A stretch of 64,000 nt of DNA from an uncultured Desulfosarcina sp. (GCA_963674945.2 CAXXWQ010000004.1:2432001-2496000), one strand, 5' to 3'. Shown: positions 29,655 to 41,041, counted from the first letter of the stretch. Numbers and translations are program-made. Notes: generated by a model not told the origin, from the sequence alone.

Positions 29655-32600
29655 TTAATTGGCCAATAATTCCGTTTCTTGCAGTGTAATCGGTTCCAGG
29701 GCGGCATCCACCTGGACTTTCAACTGCTCGCGGGTAAAGCCATGAACATGAATGCCACCCTTGGGACAGGTTGCCGCACAAAGTCCGCACCCCTTGCAGA
29801 GTGCGGCGTCCGTGACAATCCGCCGGGTCGTCACTTCGTCTATGGTTTCTTCCACCAGGGAGATGGCCTTGTACGGGCACACGTCCAGGCAAAGGGCACA
29901 CCCGTCACAAGCGTCGGTAACAAAGGACTTGATGGGATCCAACTGCATGGCAGCCCTGGAAAGGACGACACCTGCCCGGGAGGCGGCTGCCTTGGCCTGG
30001 GCCACGGCCTCGTCGATGGGCTTGGGGTAGTTGCACAGACCGGCCACGAACAGGCCGTCCACACTCATATCCACCGGTCGCAGTTTGGGATGGGCCTCGT
30101 TGACGAACCCCTCCGGATTGCTGCTGAATTTAAAGATGTTCTGCAGCCACTCCGTATCATTGGGCTCGATGGCCGCCGCCAGAATCAGGTAGTCGGCCGT
30201 GATGTCGAGAGTACGCTGGAGGACCGGATCGGCTGTGCGGACCACGATCTCACCGTCGTCGATACGGACCTGGGGCTTGTCTTCGGCATCGAAACGAATG
30301 AATATCACGCCCAGCTCGCGTGCCCGGGTGTAGTGCACCTCCCGGACACCATAGGTGCGGATATCCCGGTAGAGCACAAACACATTCATCCGCGGGTTGA
30401 TGGTTTTCATCTCGATTGCACTTTGCACTGTGTGGGTGCAGCATACCCTGCTGCAATAGGGTCGCCGCCGGTCCCGGGATCCCACGCATTGGATAAAGAC
30501 GGCGCTTTTGGCTTCGGCCACGGTATCCGGATGGCCGGCCAGGAGCGCGTCCAGCTGCAGGTGGGTGAGAATCCGCTCGTGACGGCCGTACATATATTCA
30601 TCCGGCGTGGTCTCCCGGCCTCCGACGGCCAGTACGGCCGCGCCGTAACCGATTGTACGACGGGTGCCGTCGACGTCGATTTCGCTGGAGAAATTGCCCA
30701 CGGATCCGGTTGCCGACAGCAACGTGGTCCGCATCAGGACCTCGATATCCGGATGCGCCGTGACATCTCCAATCAACTGTTCCAACATGGGGCGAATGGC
30801 TTCACCCTGTCCGGTTCGGCCCAGCCGCCAGGCATTGCCGCCCAATCGAGCACTCTTTTCGATCAGAACCGTGGGAAATCCCTGGCCGGCCAACATCAGG
30901 GCGGCCTTCATGCCGGCGATGCCGCCACCGATGACCAATGCCCGCTGCACCACCGCCACCTGGAGCGGATTCAGGCCATAGGCCACCGCAGCCCGCGCCA
31001 CGGCCATGCGGACCTGATCCTTTGCCTTTTCGGTGGCCCGTTCCGGTTCGTTTTGATGAACCCAGGAATTTTGATTGCGGATATTGGCCATTTCCACCAG
31101 ATGGCCGTTGAGGCCCGCCTCTTTCAGCGTGTCCTGAAACAATGGCTCATGGGTCCGCGGGGTGCAGGCGGCGACGACGATGCGGTTGAGCCCGTGTTCT
31201 TTGATCTTGGCGCCGATCATCGCCTGGGTGTCCGTGGAGCAGGTGAACAGATTGTTTTCCACGAGCACCACATGGGGCAGGGTTGCGGCGTATCGGACCA
31301 CGGCCTGAACATCCACCACGTTGGCGATATTGATACCGCACGAACAGACAAACACACCGATGCGGGGCGTTTCGTCGTCCAGCCGGCGTTCGTCCGGATA
31401 AATTTTGGTTTTTGTCAGCGAACCCTTGGCCGACACCAGTGCCCGGCTCACTTCGGCGGCGGCGGTCGATGCCTGGGTGACCGACCGTGGAATGGCCATG
31501 GGCGCCTGGAAGCTGCCGCTGACATAAACGCCGTCCCGGGAGCTGGTCACGGGCCAAAAACTATCGGTCTTGGCAAAATGATGGTCATCCAGGGCAATCC
31601 CCAGTCGCTCGGACAGGGCAATGGCATCCGGGGAAGCTTCCATACCGATGGAGAGCACCGCCATGTCGAAATTCTCGGTGGTCTGGGTGCCGTCTTCAAG
31701 GGTGTAGGTAAACGTCACACCGGTATTTCCAGGTCCCGGATTGATCGTGTGCGGACGCGCACGAACGAACCGCACCTTTTTCTCCACGGCATCTTCATAA
31801 TATCGTTCGAACTCTTTACCGTGACTGCGAATATCCATGTAAAATATGGATTGGGTCAACCCGTCTCCGGAAAGATGCTCCGCGGTGACCAGAGCCTGCT
31901 TGATGGCGTACATGCAACAGACACTGGAACAGTATCCATTGTCGCAGCGGTTGGTGTTCCTGGAGCCCACACACTGCAGCCAGGCGATCTTCTTGGGTTC
32001 CTGACGGTCCGAGGGTTTCACCAGATGGCCCTGATACGGACCGCTGGCGGACAACATGCGCTCGTATTCGAGGCTGGTGACCACATCCGGGATGGTCCCA
32101 TAGCCGTAATAATCCATGCCGGATGGATCAAAGGGTTTATAGCCGGGGGAAAGGATCATGGCCCCCACATTCAATGTCAGGGTGGTTTCCCGGTCTTCGA
32201 AATTGATGGCACCGGTAGGGCAGAATTTTTCACAGGCCCGGCATTTTCCCTTGGTCAGGTAAAGGCAATGCTCCGGATCAATCGCGTATTTCAGTGGAAC
32301 CGTCTGCCCATACTGAATATAGGCGGCCTTTCGTTTGGATACGCCCATATTGAATTCATCATCGACTTTTTTGGGGCATTTCTGTGCACACAGCCCGCAG
32401 GCAATGCATTTGTCCATGTCGATATAACGGGGCTTTTGGCGGACGGTGACGGTAAAGTCGCCTTTTTGTCCACTGACATCGACGATTTCGGAAAGGGTGA
32501 GAAGCGAAATGTTTAAGTGCCGACCGCACTCGACCAACTTGGGCGAGACGATTCACATGGCACAGTCGTTTGTGGGAAAGGTTTTATCGAGCTTTGCCAT

Positions 32601-32999
32601 TACACCGCCGATACCGGGGCTCTTTTCCACGAGATAAACGTAGTATCCCGAATCGGCCAGATCCAGCGAAGCCTGGATCCCGGCGATTCCACCGCCGACG
32701 ACGACTACCGCGCCGATGGTTGTTTCGGAAGATGATGCCAGGAGCTTTTTTGTCTGCAATTCATCGGCAAGAAAGGGTTGGCGGGATGTGGAGCCGGCAT
32801 CCGTCCCGATCCAGTTGCGCACCGCATCCGGGGAGATACTTTGGGAATCGATAAACGCAAGAAAGGAAGATTTTTCTATGGCATACTTTTTCCCCACGGT
32901 TGGCCGGGCTTCGAACTTGCCGCTTCTGATCCAGTTGCGGATGGTGTTTCGGTGCACGCCCAACGCCTGGGCCAGTTCACCGACACGAATGGTAATCAT
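29655..32999 (-). CDS. hdrA: Large HdrA-like flavoprotein (two FAD modules), selenoprotein, with an N-terminal HTH domain
   Basis: ORFs 32553..33035 and 29655..32537 share a frame and are joined by TGA at 32555-32553 ([16 protein letters not shown]); two GGGIAG motifs, two QCVGSR...CSxVCC motifs, ferredoxin motifs; 1114 aa. Confidence 0.92.
32516..32530 (-). promoter_or_regulatory. Candidate SECIS hairpin of hdrA
   Basis: AGUGC-GGUCG-GCACU starting 22 nt after the UGA; an alternative CUCG...CGAG stem lies closer. Confidence 0.45.
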
Positions 33000-33493
33000 G
33001 AAAGCTCCTTTCCAATTATTTCCAGAATCCGGCAACTGGCCATCTTTACGGCCTTCGCCATTGCCGATGACAACCCCGGCGCCACATGATCCGGAATCGT
33101 CTGGATCTGACCGACGAGAACGCGGATGTCCATGTCGGTATCGGTCTTCAGTTCTTTGAGCATGTTGGTCGTGGGAAACTGGTGAAGTAAAAAATCACCC
33201 ATTTTTTTCGGATCGATCTCATCAAGCTCAATCTCGAACACCTCACCCGGGCGCCTGTCCGGATGCCGGGCGGCGTCGACGATGACAATCTGCTTCGGTT
33301 TTTGTTCCAGGAGCAATATGTCAAACAGAAAGTCGCGAATCGACGTTCCCACATCCAGAAAAGCGGCATCATCCGGCGTTCGATGGTGCGTCTCCAGATC
33401 GGCGATCACTTCGGGACCGAAGCCATCATCGCCGAACAATGGATTTCCACAACCGAAAACCAGACGCTGCTTTGTATGGATGAGTTCTATCAT
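32996..33493 (-). CDS. Hydrogenase maturation endopeptidase
   Basis: [13 protein letters not shown] and IVIVDA; its stop overlaps the hdrA start (ATGA). Confidence 0.9.
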   Translation of the reverse strand: MIELIHTKQRLVFGCGNPLFGDDGFGPEVIADLETHHRTPDDAAFLDVGTSIRDFLFDILLLEQKPKQIVIVDAARHPDRRPGEVFEIELDEIDPKKMGDFLLHQFPTTNMLKELKTDTDMDIRVLVGQIQTIPDHVAPGLSSAMAKAVKMASCRILEIIGKELS

Positions 33494-33513
33494 GGAACAC
33501 CAAACCCATGGAT

Positions 33514-33657
33514 TTGTGCAAATTGTGCCAAAATGCGGCGACTGCATACGATCTGTTCAAGAATCGCATACTCAAGCCCACATAACAACATCGGTTTTGT
33601 TTTACAGGCATTTTTTGCACAATGGGCAAATTACGATGACTTGTGCAATCTGTGCAA
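33514..33657. promoter_or_regulatory. TGTGCAA-type direct repeats with a 9-bp period upstream of the hydrogenase operon
   Basis: TTGTGCAAA-TTGTGCCAA (33514-33531), TTGTGCAAT-CTGTGCAAT (33641-33658), inverted TTTGCACAA (33614-33622). Confidence 0.6.
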
Positions 33658-33795
33658 TATGAACGAGCGGCATGTCGGACCAAAACCATCTTTTTCAGCC
33701 CGCCTCTAAAGATTCGTCCTTTTATGTCGATCATGCCTATACCATATGAAATAGCAAAGATGGCATCGGTTATCGAATAGACAAAGGATCAGACC

Positions 33796-35754
33796 ATGAC
33801 CTGGAATTTGAAGAACAAATTTCTTATTCCGATGCTCGCACTGATTGTGGCGGGCATGGGCGTTTCCAACGTGATTTCCTATTCCAAGGCCCGCAATGCC
33901 TTGAAAGAGGCCATCATCGAAGATGTTCAGCATCTTGCCGATTCTACCTCCAAAATGATGGTTTCCTGGATCCAGGGGCGAAAGCTGGATATCAAGAACT
34001 GGAGCAGGCAGGAAGTTTTGACGGTGGCCCTGAAAAACAATCTTTTGGGAAAATCCGCCAGCCAATCCGCCAACCAGTGGTTGGATGATATTAAGCAGGA
34101 GTACGGGTTCTATGAAAATTTGCTGTTGGCCGATACCGCCGGTCAGGTGATCGCCAGCTCCGACACCGAACTGGTGGGCTCGCTCGATGTTGCGGAAGGG
34201 ACGGCGTTCAAATCCGCCCTGCAGGGAAAACTCTCCATTTCGGAAGTGACCCTCAGCCCGACTACCGGTGCGCCGGTATTCTCCATTGCATACCCGGTAA
34301 TGGACAAAAGTGCTGTGGGGGGTGTTTTTCTGGGTACGATCAGCGTCTCCTCATTCAGTGGCAAATTCGTGGATCCCGTAAAGATCGGCAAAAACGGTTA
34401 TGCCTATATTTACGATCAGCGCGGATTCGTCATCGCCCATCCCAAAGACAAGTCTTTGATCTTAAAGTTGAACATGAATGATTTGACATTTGGCAAGAAG
34501 ATGACGGCCATGGGATCGGGTATCATGGAGTACGAGTGGAGAGGCAAGGTCAAGACGGTCGCTTTCAAGAAAGAGGATGGGCTGGGCTGGACCGTTGGTG
34601 TGGGGGCGGATAACGCCGATATTCTGAGTGCGGTCAAAAGCCTGGGTGTGGTCAATTTCAGCGTCGCCCTGCTGGTGGTCGTGGCGGCCGCAGGGATCAT
34701 TATCTTCCTGGTGCGTGCCACGATCAGACCCATCAACGATGCTGCGGACCGGCTTAAGGATATCGCCCAAGGCGAGGGGGACCTGACCCAGCGTCTGGCG
34801 ACGACCACGCGTGACGAGATGGGGCAGATGTCCTCTTGGTTCAATGCGTTTCTGAGCAATCTCCAGGAGATGATCAAAGATATCGCCAACAATGCCGGTA
34901 CCCTTGCCAATGCCTCTAACGCGCTTTCCGCCATTTCCGAGCAGATGTCGACAGGCGCCAACCAGACTGCGGACAAGTCCTATGTGGTGGCGGAAGCGGC
35001 CCGGGAGATGAGCTCCAACATCGGGTCGGTGGCTGCCGCCATGGAAGAGGCGGCCACCAATCTCTCCATGGTGGCATCGGCCACCGAGCAGATGACTGCC
35101 AGTGTCGGCGATATTGCAAAGAATACCGAAAAGGCGCAACGTATTACCAGTCAGGCCGTATCCAAGGCCCGGGGGACCTCACAAAAGGTGGATGCACTGG
35201 GCAACGCGACCCAGGCCATCAGCAAGGTGACCAAGGTGATCTCGGAAATCTCCGAGCAGACCAATCTGCTGGCGCTGAATGCCACCATCGAGGCGGCCCG
35301 CGCCGGCGAGGCCGGCAAAGGATTTGCTGTTGTGGCCAACGAGATCAAGGAATTGGCCAGACAGACCTCCGAAGCGACACAGGAAATCAGGGAGCAGATC
35401 GAGGGGGTCCAAAACGCCACTCAGGAAGCAGTGACGGAGATCGGTGAAATCACCGAAGTGATCGGAAGCGTGGACAATGTTGTCAGTACCATCGCCGCAG
35501 CGGTGGAGGAGCAGTCGGTCACCACCCGGGACATCGCCGGAAATATCGCCCAGGCCTCATCGGGGATCCAGGATGTCAACGCCAACGTCGCCCAGAGTTC
35601 CAAGGCAACCGAAACCATTACCCGCGATATCAACGAGGTGAATCAGTTGTCCAACGAAATGACCACCAGCAGCTCACAGGTCCAGATGAGCGCCGCGGAA
35701 CTGTCCGGGCTGGCGGAGAAGATCAATGAAATGGTCATGAAGTTTAAAGTGTAG
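33796..35754 (+). CDS. Methyl-accepting chemotaxis protein (Cache sensor)
   Basis: Two TM segments, HAMP, conserved hairpin tip. Confidence 0.95.
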   Translation: MTWNLKNKFLIPMLALIVAGMGVSNVISYSKARNALKEAIIEDVQHLADSTSKMMVSWIQGRKLDIKNWSRQEVLTVALKNNLLGKSASQSANQWLDDIKQEYGFYENLLLADTAGQVIASSDTELVGSLDVAEGTAFKSALQGKLSISEVTLSPTTGAPVFSIAYPVMDKSAVGGVFLGTISVSSFSGKFVDPVKIGKNGYAYIYDQRGFVIAHPKDKSLILKLNMNDLTFGKKMTAMGSGIMEYEWRGKVKTVAFKKEDGLGWTVGVGADNADILSAVKSLGVVNFSVALLVVVAAAGIIIFLVRATIRPINDAADRLKDIAQGEGDLTQRLATTTRDEMGQMSSWFNAFLSNLQEMIKDIANNAGTLANASNALSAISEQMSTGANQTADKSYVVAEAAREMSSNIGSVAAAMEEAATNLSMVASATEQMTASVGDIAKNTEKAQRITSQAVSKARGTSQKVDALGNATQAISKVTKVISEISEQTNLLALNATIEAARAGEAGKGFAVVANEIKELARQTSEATQEIREQIEGVQNATQEAVTEIGEITEVIGSVDNVVSTIAAAVEEQSVTTRDIAGNIAQASSGIQDVNANVAQSSKATETITRDINEVNQLSNEMTTSSSQVQMSAAELSGLAEKINEMVMKFKV

Positions 35755-35781
35755 AGACAATAAAAAACGGGGGAGTGACCC

Positions 35782-36555
35782 ATCCGGCTGTTTACATCAT
35801 ACATCGGCATCGATTATTCGGGTGCGAAAACCGCGGCAGCCAGATTGAGGGGGTTGCGTGTGTTCAAGGCATCTTACACAGACGGCCCCACAAGAGTATT
35901 GCCACCGGCAGGGATTCATCGGAACTGGTCGCGAAAGGAGCTTGCCCATTGGTGCCTGGAAGAGTTGAAAGGAGAAGCTCCGGTCATCATCGGAATTGAT
36001 CATGGTTTTTCATTTCCCCTGAGCTACATGAAACGGTACCGGATCGAACGCTGGGATCAATTTCTCGATGATTTCCAAAGACATTGGCCCACAAATCAAG
36101 ACGAACGTTCCGTAGAGGCCTTACGCATCGGCAACAAACGGACAGGAAAGCACACCGAATTCAGGATGACCGAAAATTGGACCACATCGGCCCAAAGTGT
36201 TTTTAAACTGGATGGTGCCGGCACTGTGGGGAAATCCACACACTGCGGCATCCCCTGGCTAAGATACATCCGAAGAAATACCGATCCCCCCAACAGACCT
36301 CATTTCTGGCCCTTTGATGGTTTCGAAATCCCACCGAAACGATCGGTTGTCACAGAGATGTTCCCCTCCCTTTTCCGTAAACGATATTCCCCCCGAAGAA
36401 ATTATACCGCAGATGATCATGACGCCATGAGCGTGGCCCGATGGCTCAAAGAAATGGACAGCAGAAGGCATTTACAATCCTATTTCAACCCACCGTTGAC
36501 CGCCAAAGAGAAAGATATTGCAAGATTGGAGGGCTGGATTCTAGGTGTCTATTGA
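35782..36555 (+). CDS. Hypothetical protein, possible RNase H-like fold nuclease; start atypical
   Basis: In-frame extension upstream of 35845 gives IRLFTSYIGIDYSGAKT; also IGIDHGFSFP, VVTEMFP, DDHDA. Confidence 0.6.
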   Translation: MRLFTSYIGIDYSGAKTAAARLRGLRVFKASYTDGPTRVLPPAGIHRNWSRKELAHWCLEELKGEAPVIIGIDHGFSFPLSYMKRYRIERWDQFLDDFQRHWPTNQDERSVEALRIGNKRTGKHTEFRMTENWTTSAQSVFKLDGAGTVGKSTHCGIPWLRYIRRNTDPPNRPHFWPFDGFEIPPKRSVVTEMFPSLFRKRYSPRRNYTADDHDAMSVARWLKEMDSRRHLQSYFNPPLTAKEKDIARLEGWILGVY

Positions 36556-36755
36556 GCATCCCCTCCCCTTCCATTCGCTGTACGATCACAAAAATCAGTA
36601 AGATGCAGAAACGAATCGATGTGCAAATGGAATTTTTTCATTGTTTTTTACCGTTTTGCCTACTCTTTTGTCTAAAGTTTTTTCTTATGTTGGCGATCAT
36701 GTTCGTACAATGCTTTTTCTGTAAACTATTAACATTTTGAATTTTGGAGATTGTA

Positions 36756-38414
36756 ATGAGATCATTGCGAATATCAAACAAGGTCTGGATCAGCCTGGGA
36801 ATTTTGATCGTCGGATATTTCATATCCATGGTGGCCGGCTACTATCTCGGGCAGAAAACGGAATCCATTGTTCTCCAAGCCTCGGACGCCCTGTTTCCCG
36901 CTACCATGAACAGCAACGCGGCCCTGACCGCCTTCAAGGAACAGATGAAGGGGTACAACGACGCGGTGCTCATGGGGGAAGAGTCCATATTCACGCAGAC
37001 GAAGGAAAAATCCGAAGAGGTGAAGCAGAACCTGACGGACATCGTGAAGATGGAAGGCATCGATACCGCCCTGGCAGCGGACATCAACAAAACCATTTCC
37101 GCACTGACCGCATTCACCGCCACGGCCCAGGAGGTCTACGGTGCCATCAGCCGCGGCGAGTCGTCAGGAAACGACAAGCAGATGGCGCAACTGGCCGAGC
37201 AGACCCAGGGGATCCAAGAATCCCTGGCCCGATACAAATCCGAGCTGTCCAAACAACTCAAAGACGAACTGACCCGCATCGGAACCAGCTCCAAAACCCA
37301 GCGAATGATGAACATCTGGTTCTTTGTGGCCGTCGTTGCGTTCGCCCTGGTATTTGTCTGGTTCATCGTAACCAGAGCCATTACCCGCCCCTTGAACAAC
37401 ACGGTAACCATGTTGCGTGACATCGCCGAGGGGGAAGGCGACCTGACCAAGCGGTTGAACATTGCCTCCAATGACGAGGTGGGGGAAGTGGCCAAGTGGT
37501 TCAACACCTTCATCGAGAAGCTGCAAACCATCATCCGCGATTTTTCGGACAATGCCAATGGATTGAACGACGCATCCAACAATCTGGCCAAACTGTCCGA
37601 GCACATGTCCCAGGAGGCGACGGACATGTCGTCCAAGTCCGATGCCGTATCCAGATCCACCGAGGAGATGAGCTCCAATCTCAACAACGTGGCCGCCGCC
37701 ATGGAACAGTCGAGCACCAACACGTCCATGGTCGCTTCTGCCGCCGAGGAGATGAACACCACCATCAACAATATCGCCCAGAACGCGGACCAGGCCCGCT
37801 CGATCTCCAATGACGCGGTTCAGCAGACCAAGAACGCGGCCGAAAAAATGAGCGCCCTGGGCAATGCGGTCCAGGCCATCGGCAAGGTGACCGAAACCAT
37901 CAACGAGATATCGGAGCAGACCAATCTGCTGGCCCTCAACGCCACCATCGAAGCCGCCCGTGCAGGCGAGGCAGGCAAGGGGTTTGCCGTGGTGGCCAAC
38001 GAGATCAAGGAGTTGGCCAAGCAGACCGCAGCGGCTACCGGCGATATCAGGAGCCAGATCGAAGCCGTCCAGTCGACGACGGCGGACACGGTGGAGGAGA
38101 TCAACCAGATCAGCGCGGTCATCGACACCATCAACGAAAACGTCGCCACCATCGCCAACGCGGTGGAGGAACAGAGCGCCACCACCAGAGAAATTGCCAA
38201 CAACATTGCCCAGGCGTCCGAGGGAATCAATGAAGTCAACGTCAACGTGAATGACTCGTCTGCCACGGCCTCCCGGGTCACCGGCACCATCGGTGAGGTG
38301 AGTCTGTCGGCCAACGAAATCTCCAACAGCAGCGAACAGGTCAACCTCAGTGCCCAGGGGTTAAAGGATATGGCAACCAAACTCAACGAAATCGTCAGCC
38401 GTTTTAAAGTATAG
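36756..38414 (+). CDS. Methyl-accepting chemotaxis protein (helical periplasmic sensor)
   Basis: Two TM segments, HAMP, conserved hairpin tip. Confidence 0.95.
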   Translation: MRSLRISNKVWISLGILIVGYFISMVAGYYLGQKTESIVLQASDALFPATMNSNAALTAFKEQMKGYNDAVLMGEESIFTQTKEKSEEVKQNLTDIVKMEGIDTALAADINKTISALTAFTATAQEVYGAISRGESSGNDKQMAQLAEQTQGIQESLARYKSELSKQLKDELTRIGTSSKTQRMMNIWFFVAVVAFALVFVWFIVTRAITRPLNNTVTMLRDIAEGEGDLTKRLNIASNDEVGEVAKWFNTFIEKLQTIIRDFSDNANGLNDASNNLAKLSEHMSQEATDMSSKSDAVSRSTEEMSSNLNNVAAAMEQSSTNTSMVASAAEEMNTTINNIAQNADQARSISNDAVQQTKNAAEKMSALGNAVQAIGKVTETINEISEQTNLLALNATIEAARAGEAGKGFAVVANEIKELAKQTAAATGDIRSQIEAVQSTTADTVEEINQISAVIDTINENVATIANAVEEQSATTREIANNIAQASEGINEVNVNVNDSSATASRVTGTIGEVSLSANEISNSSEQVNLSAQGLKDMATKLNEIVSRFKV

Positions 38415-38516
38415 CACCAGCCAGTTGAAAGATGTAGATCGATTTTTTTTCTCATTTGCTTACGGAACCTCGATGATCATTCGTTTTAACTTAAATCAAC
38501 TCAGGAGGAAGAAAAT

Positions 38517-38963
38517 ATGAGAAAAAGGACCTCTTTGCTACGAACAGCAATGGCCTTCCTGGTGTTTTCCCTGGCCATCATGGCACTTTGGCAACCGGCG
38601 GAGGCGGCCGACGTTCTCGTCATTGCCAACAAGAGCGCTCCAGCAGACGCCATGGATGAGGCAGTGATCAAAAATGTGTTTCTGGGAAAAACAACATCCT
38701 GGGACGACGGAAGCTCCATGGAATTCGTTCTCCTGGCCGATGGCCCGGCGCACGAGGCCTTTTTGAAGGGCTTTGTCAAAAAGACGCCTTCCCAGTTCTC
38801 CACCTACTGGAAAAAAATGGTGTTCACGGGAAAAGGCGCTACACCGAAATCATTTGCCACGGAAAGCGAGTTGGTCTCCTATGTGGCCGGCCATGCCGGC
38901 GCAGTCGGGTATGTTTCCGGCGCCGCCGATGTGACCGCCGTAAAAGTGGTGAACCAGCAATAG
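38517..38963 (+). CDS. Small periplasmic protein resembling one lobe of phosphate-type binding proteins, copy 1
   Basis: Signal peptide (AEA); VIAN, VFLGKTTSW, YWKKMVFTGKG, GAVGYV. Confidence 0.8.
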   Translation: MRKRTSLLRTAMAFLVFSLAIMALWQPAEAADVLVIANKSAPADAMDEAVIKNVFLGKTTSWDDGSSMEFVLLADGPAHEAFLKGFVKKTPSQFSTYWKKMVFTGKGATPKSFATESELVSYVAGHAGAVGYVSGAADVTAVKVVNQQ

Positions 38964-38978
38964 GAAAGGAGCGAATCG

Positions 38979-40190
38979 ATGAAACGAAAATATATTGGTG
39001 TAATGACACTTTGTGTGTTGGCCGCTGTTGGCCTCTTGGCAAACGCTGCTGGGGCGATGACGACGGCAGGAGTGGATATCCACGGTTTTATTTCCCAGGG
39101 CTTTTTATACAGCGACGAGTACAATTACCTGGCCCACAACAGCACGGACGGCAGCTTTGAGTACAACGAGTTCGGCATCAACTTTTCCAAAAACCTCACC
39201 GACAAGCTTCGCATGGGAATTCAGTTCTTCAGCCGGGATATCGGAGATGCCAGCAACAACAAGGTTACGGTGGACTGGGCCTACGGCGACTACCGATTCA
39301 AGGACTGGCTGGGCGTCCGGGCCGGCAGGATCAAACTGCCCATGGGCCTGTACAACGAAATCCGGGACGTGGACATGCTGCGCACCAGTATCGTCCTTCC
39401 CCAGGGGATTTATAACGACCTGCTCCGGGACACCCTCATCGCCGTGAACGGTGTCGGCCTGTACGGTAACTTCGATTTGGGAGCCGTCGGCGGGTTGGAA
39501 TACCAGGCCCTCTCCGGTGGTATTTATTCGGATCCCGATAGCGGCGTCAGCAAGTATATGGATGATGGTGTGGCTGAAATGGGGCTAGAAGCGATCGGGG
39601 CTACCGAAAACGGTACCGCCTATGCCGCTTCGCTCCGATGGGAGACGCCGGTGCCGGGGCTTCGGTTAGGGTACTCCTTTTGGAAGTCGGACCCAACAAA
39701 TAAAATCGGAGCGAATGGCGTCGTAATGGCGACCATGGAGGGTACGACCAAGACGCATATCGGTTCCGCCGAATTCGTATGGAACGATCTGACGGTGGTG
39801 GGAGAATACCTGCTCCGGCAATCCGATATCAAGGTCGGGTCTTCGGACGTGGGCAAAGACATGGAAACCTATTACGTCTCCGCCTCATACGTGTTTACCG
39901 ACTGGTTCACCCTGGGCGCCTACTATTCCCTATATTACCCGGACAAGGATGATAAGGACGGCGACGATCTGGTGGCCGCGGACGAGCCCGATCATGGTGC
40001 CTGGGAGAAAGACCTGGCCATGACCTTGCGTTTCGATATCAATCCATACTGGGTGTTCAAGGTCGAGGGGCATTATGTGGACGGAACAGCCCTCGTGTTG
40101 GGACTGGACAATCCCGGCAGCAACCCAAATAGCCCAAATAGCGAAGACACCTGGTACTATGGTGCCGCCAAGGTCACCTTCAGTTTCTAG
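38979..40190 (+). CDS. Outer-membrane beta-barrel/porin-like protein, copy 1
   Basis: Signal peptide, amphipathic beta strands, DWAYGDY, RAGRIKLP, C-terminal VTFSF. Confidence 0.8.
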   Translation: MKRKYIGVMTLCVLAAVGLLANAAGAMTTAGVDIHGFISQGFLYSDEYNYLAHNSTDGSFEYNEFGINFSKNLTDKLRMGIQFFSRDIGDASNNKVTVDWAYGDYRFKDWLGVRAGRIKLPMGLYNEIRDVDMLRTSIVLPQGIYNDLLRDTLIAVNGVGLYGNFDLGAVGGLEYQALSGGIYSDPDSGVSKYMDDGVAEMGLEAIGATENGTAYAASLRWETPVPGLRLGYSFWKSDPTNKIGANGVVMATMEGTTKTHIGSAEFVWNDLTVVGEYLLRQSDIKVGSSDVGKDMETYYVSASYVFTDWFTLGAYYSLYYPDKDDKDGDDLVAADEPDHGAWEKDLAMTLRFDINPYWVFKVEGHYVDGTALVLGLDNPGSNPNSPNSEDTWYYGAAKVTFSF

Positions 40191-40213
40191 TTCCCGGATC
40201 AGGGACTATTCTG

Positions 40214-40238
40214 CCCGGTGGGGAAAGCCCCCACCGGG
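40214..40238 (+). terminator. GC-rich hairpin after porin 1 (no clear U tract)
   Basis: 10-bp stem CCCGGTGGGG/CCCCACCGGG; degenerate copy near 42263. Confidence 0.45.
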
Positions 40239-40580
40239 TAGAAACGACACTTACCGTAACCATTAACCCAGTCGTTACAGCGTGCTAACAAAACATGATA
40301 GTGACATAGGCTTCATCCGTTAAAAAATTAGGTTCGGCTCAGTCCAAATGCTCATTTGTTCCCGTCCATTTCGTTCTTCGTTCCTCTCTCAACGTTCATT
40401 GAGCCCTCCATTTATTATCCGAGAAATTATCAATCAATTTCTTTCAAGCGTTTCATCTTGCCGCAAGCGGTGGGAGATTCGTCCCAAAAAACTCGTAACG
40501 GAGTTGGAAGTTTCGTTTATCTGGTGTGAACAGTTTGACACCGTATTTTTTTACTTATCTCAACTCAGGAGGAAGAAAAT

Positions 40581-41027
40581 ATGAGAAAAAGGACCTCTTT
40601 GCTACGAACAGCAATGGCCTGCCTGGTGTTTTTCCTGGCCGTCATGGCGCTCTGGCAGCCTGTGGAGGCGGCCGATGTTCAAGTCGTTGCCAACAAGAAC
40701 GCACCGGATGGTGCCATGGATGAGGCAATGATCAAAAATGTGTTTCTGGGCAAGACGACATCGTGGTCCGACGGAAGTCCCATCGAGTTCGTAATCCTGG
40801 CCGATGGCCCGGCGCACGAGGCCTTTTTGAAGGCCTTTGTTAAAAAGACGCCCGCCCAGTTTTCCACCTACTGGAAGAAGATGGTGTTCACGGGCAAAGG
40901 CGCAACACCGAAATCATTCGCCACGGACAGCGAGTTGGTTTCCTATGTGGCCGGTCATAATGGCGCAGTAGGATATGTTTCCGGTGCCGCCGATGTGGCC
41001 GCCGTAAAAGTAGTGAACCAGCAATAG
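40581..41027 (+). CDS. Small periplasmic binding-like protein, copy 2
   Basis: Near-identical paralog of 38517..38963 with the same upstream TCAACTCAGGAGGAAGAAAAT. Confidence 0.8.
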   Translation: MRKRTSLLRTAMACLVFFLAVMALWQPVEAADVQVVANKNAPDGAMDEAMIKNVFLGKTTSWSDGSPIEFVILADGPAHEAFLKAFVKKTPAQFSTYWKKMVFTGKGATPKSFATDSELVSYVAGHNGAVGYVSGAADVAAVKVVNQQ

Positions 41028-41041
41028 AAAGGAGTTACTCG

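Noticed and set aside
25873..32516. Long plus-strand ORFs 25873..27891 (672 aa) and 29679..32516 (945 aa)
   Set aside because: Antisense shadows of GC-rich hydrogenase and hdrA genes; no recognisable motifs
25573..32555. Reading mvhA, mvhD and hdrA as truncated pseudogenes
   Set aside because: Each stop is TGA at a conserved Cys position with in-frame continuation and a downstream hairpin, which fits selenocysteine
33518..33531. TGGCACAATTTGC on the minus strand as a sigma54 promoter
   Set aside because: GG-to-GC spacing is 8, not 10; better explained by the direct repeats
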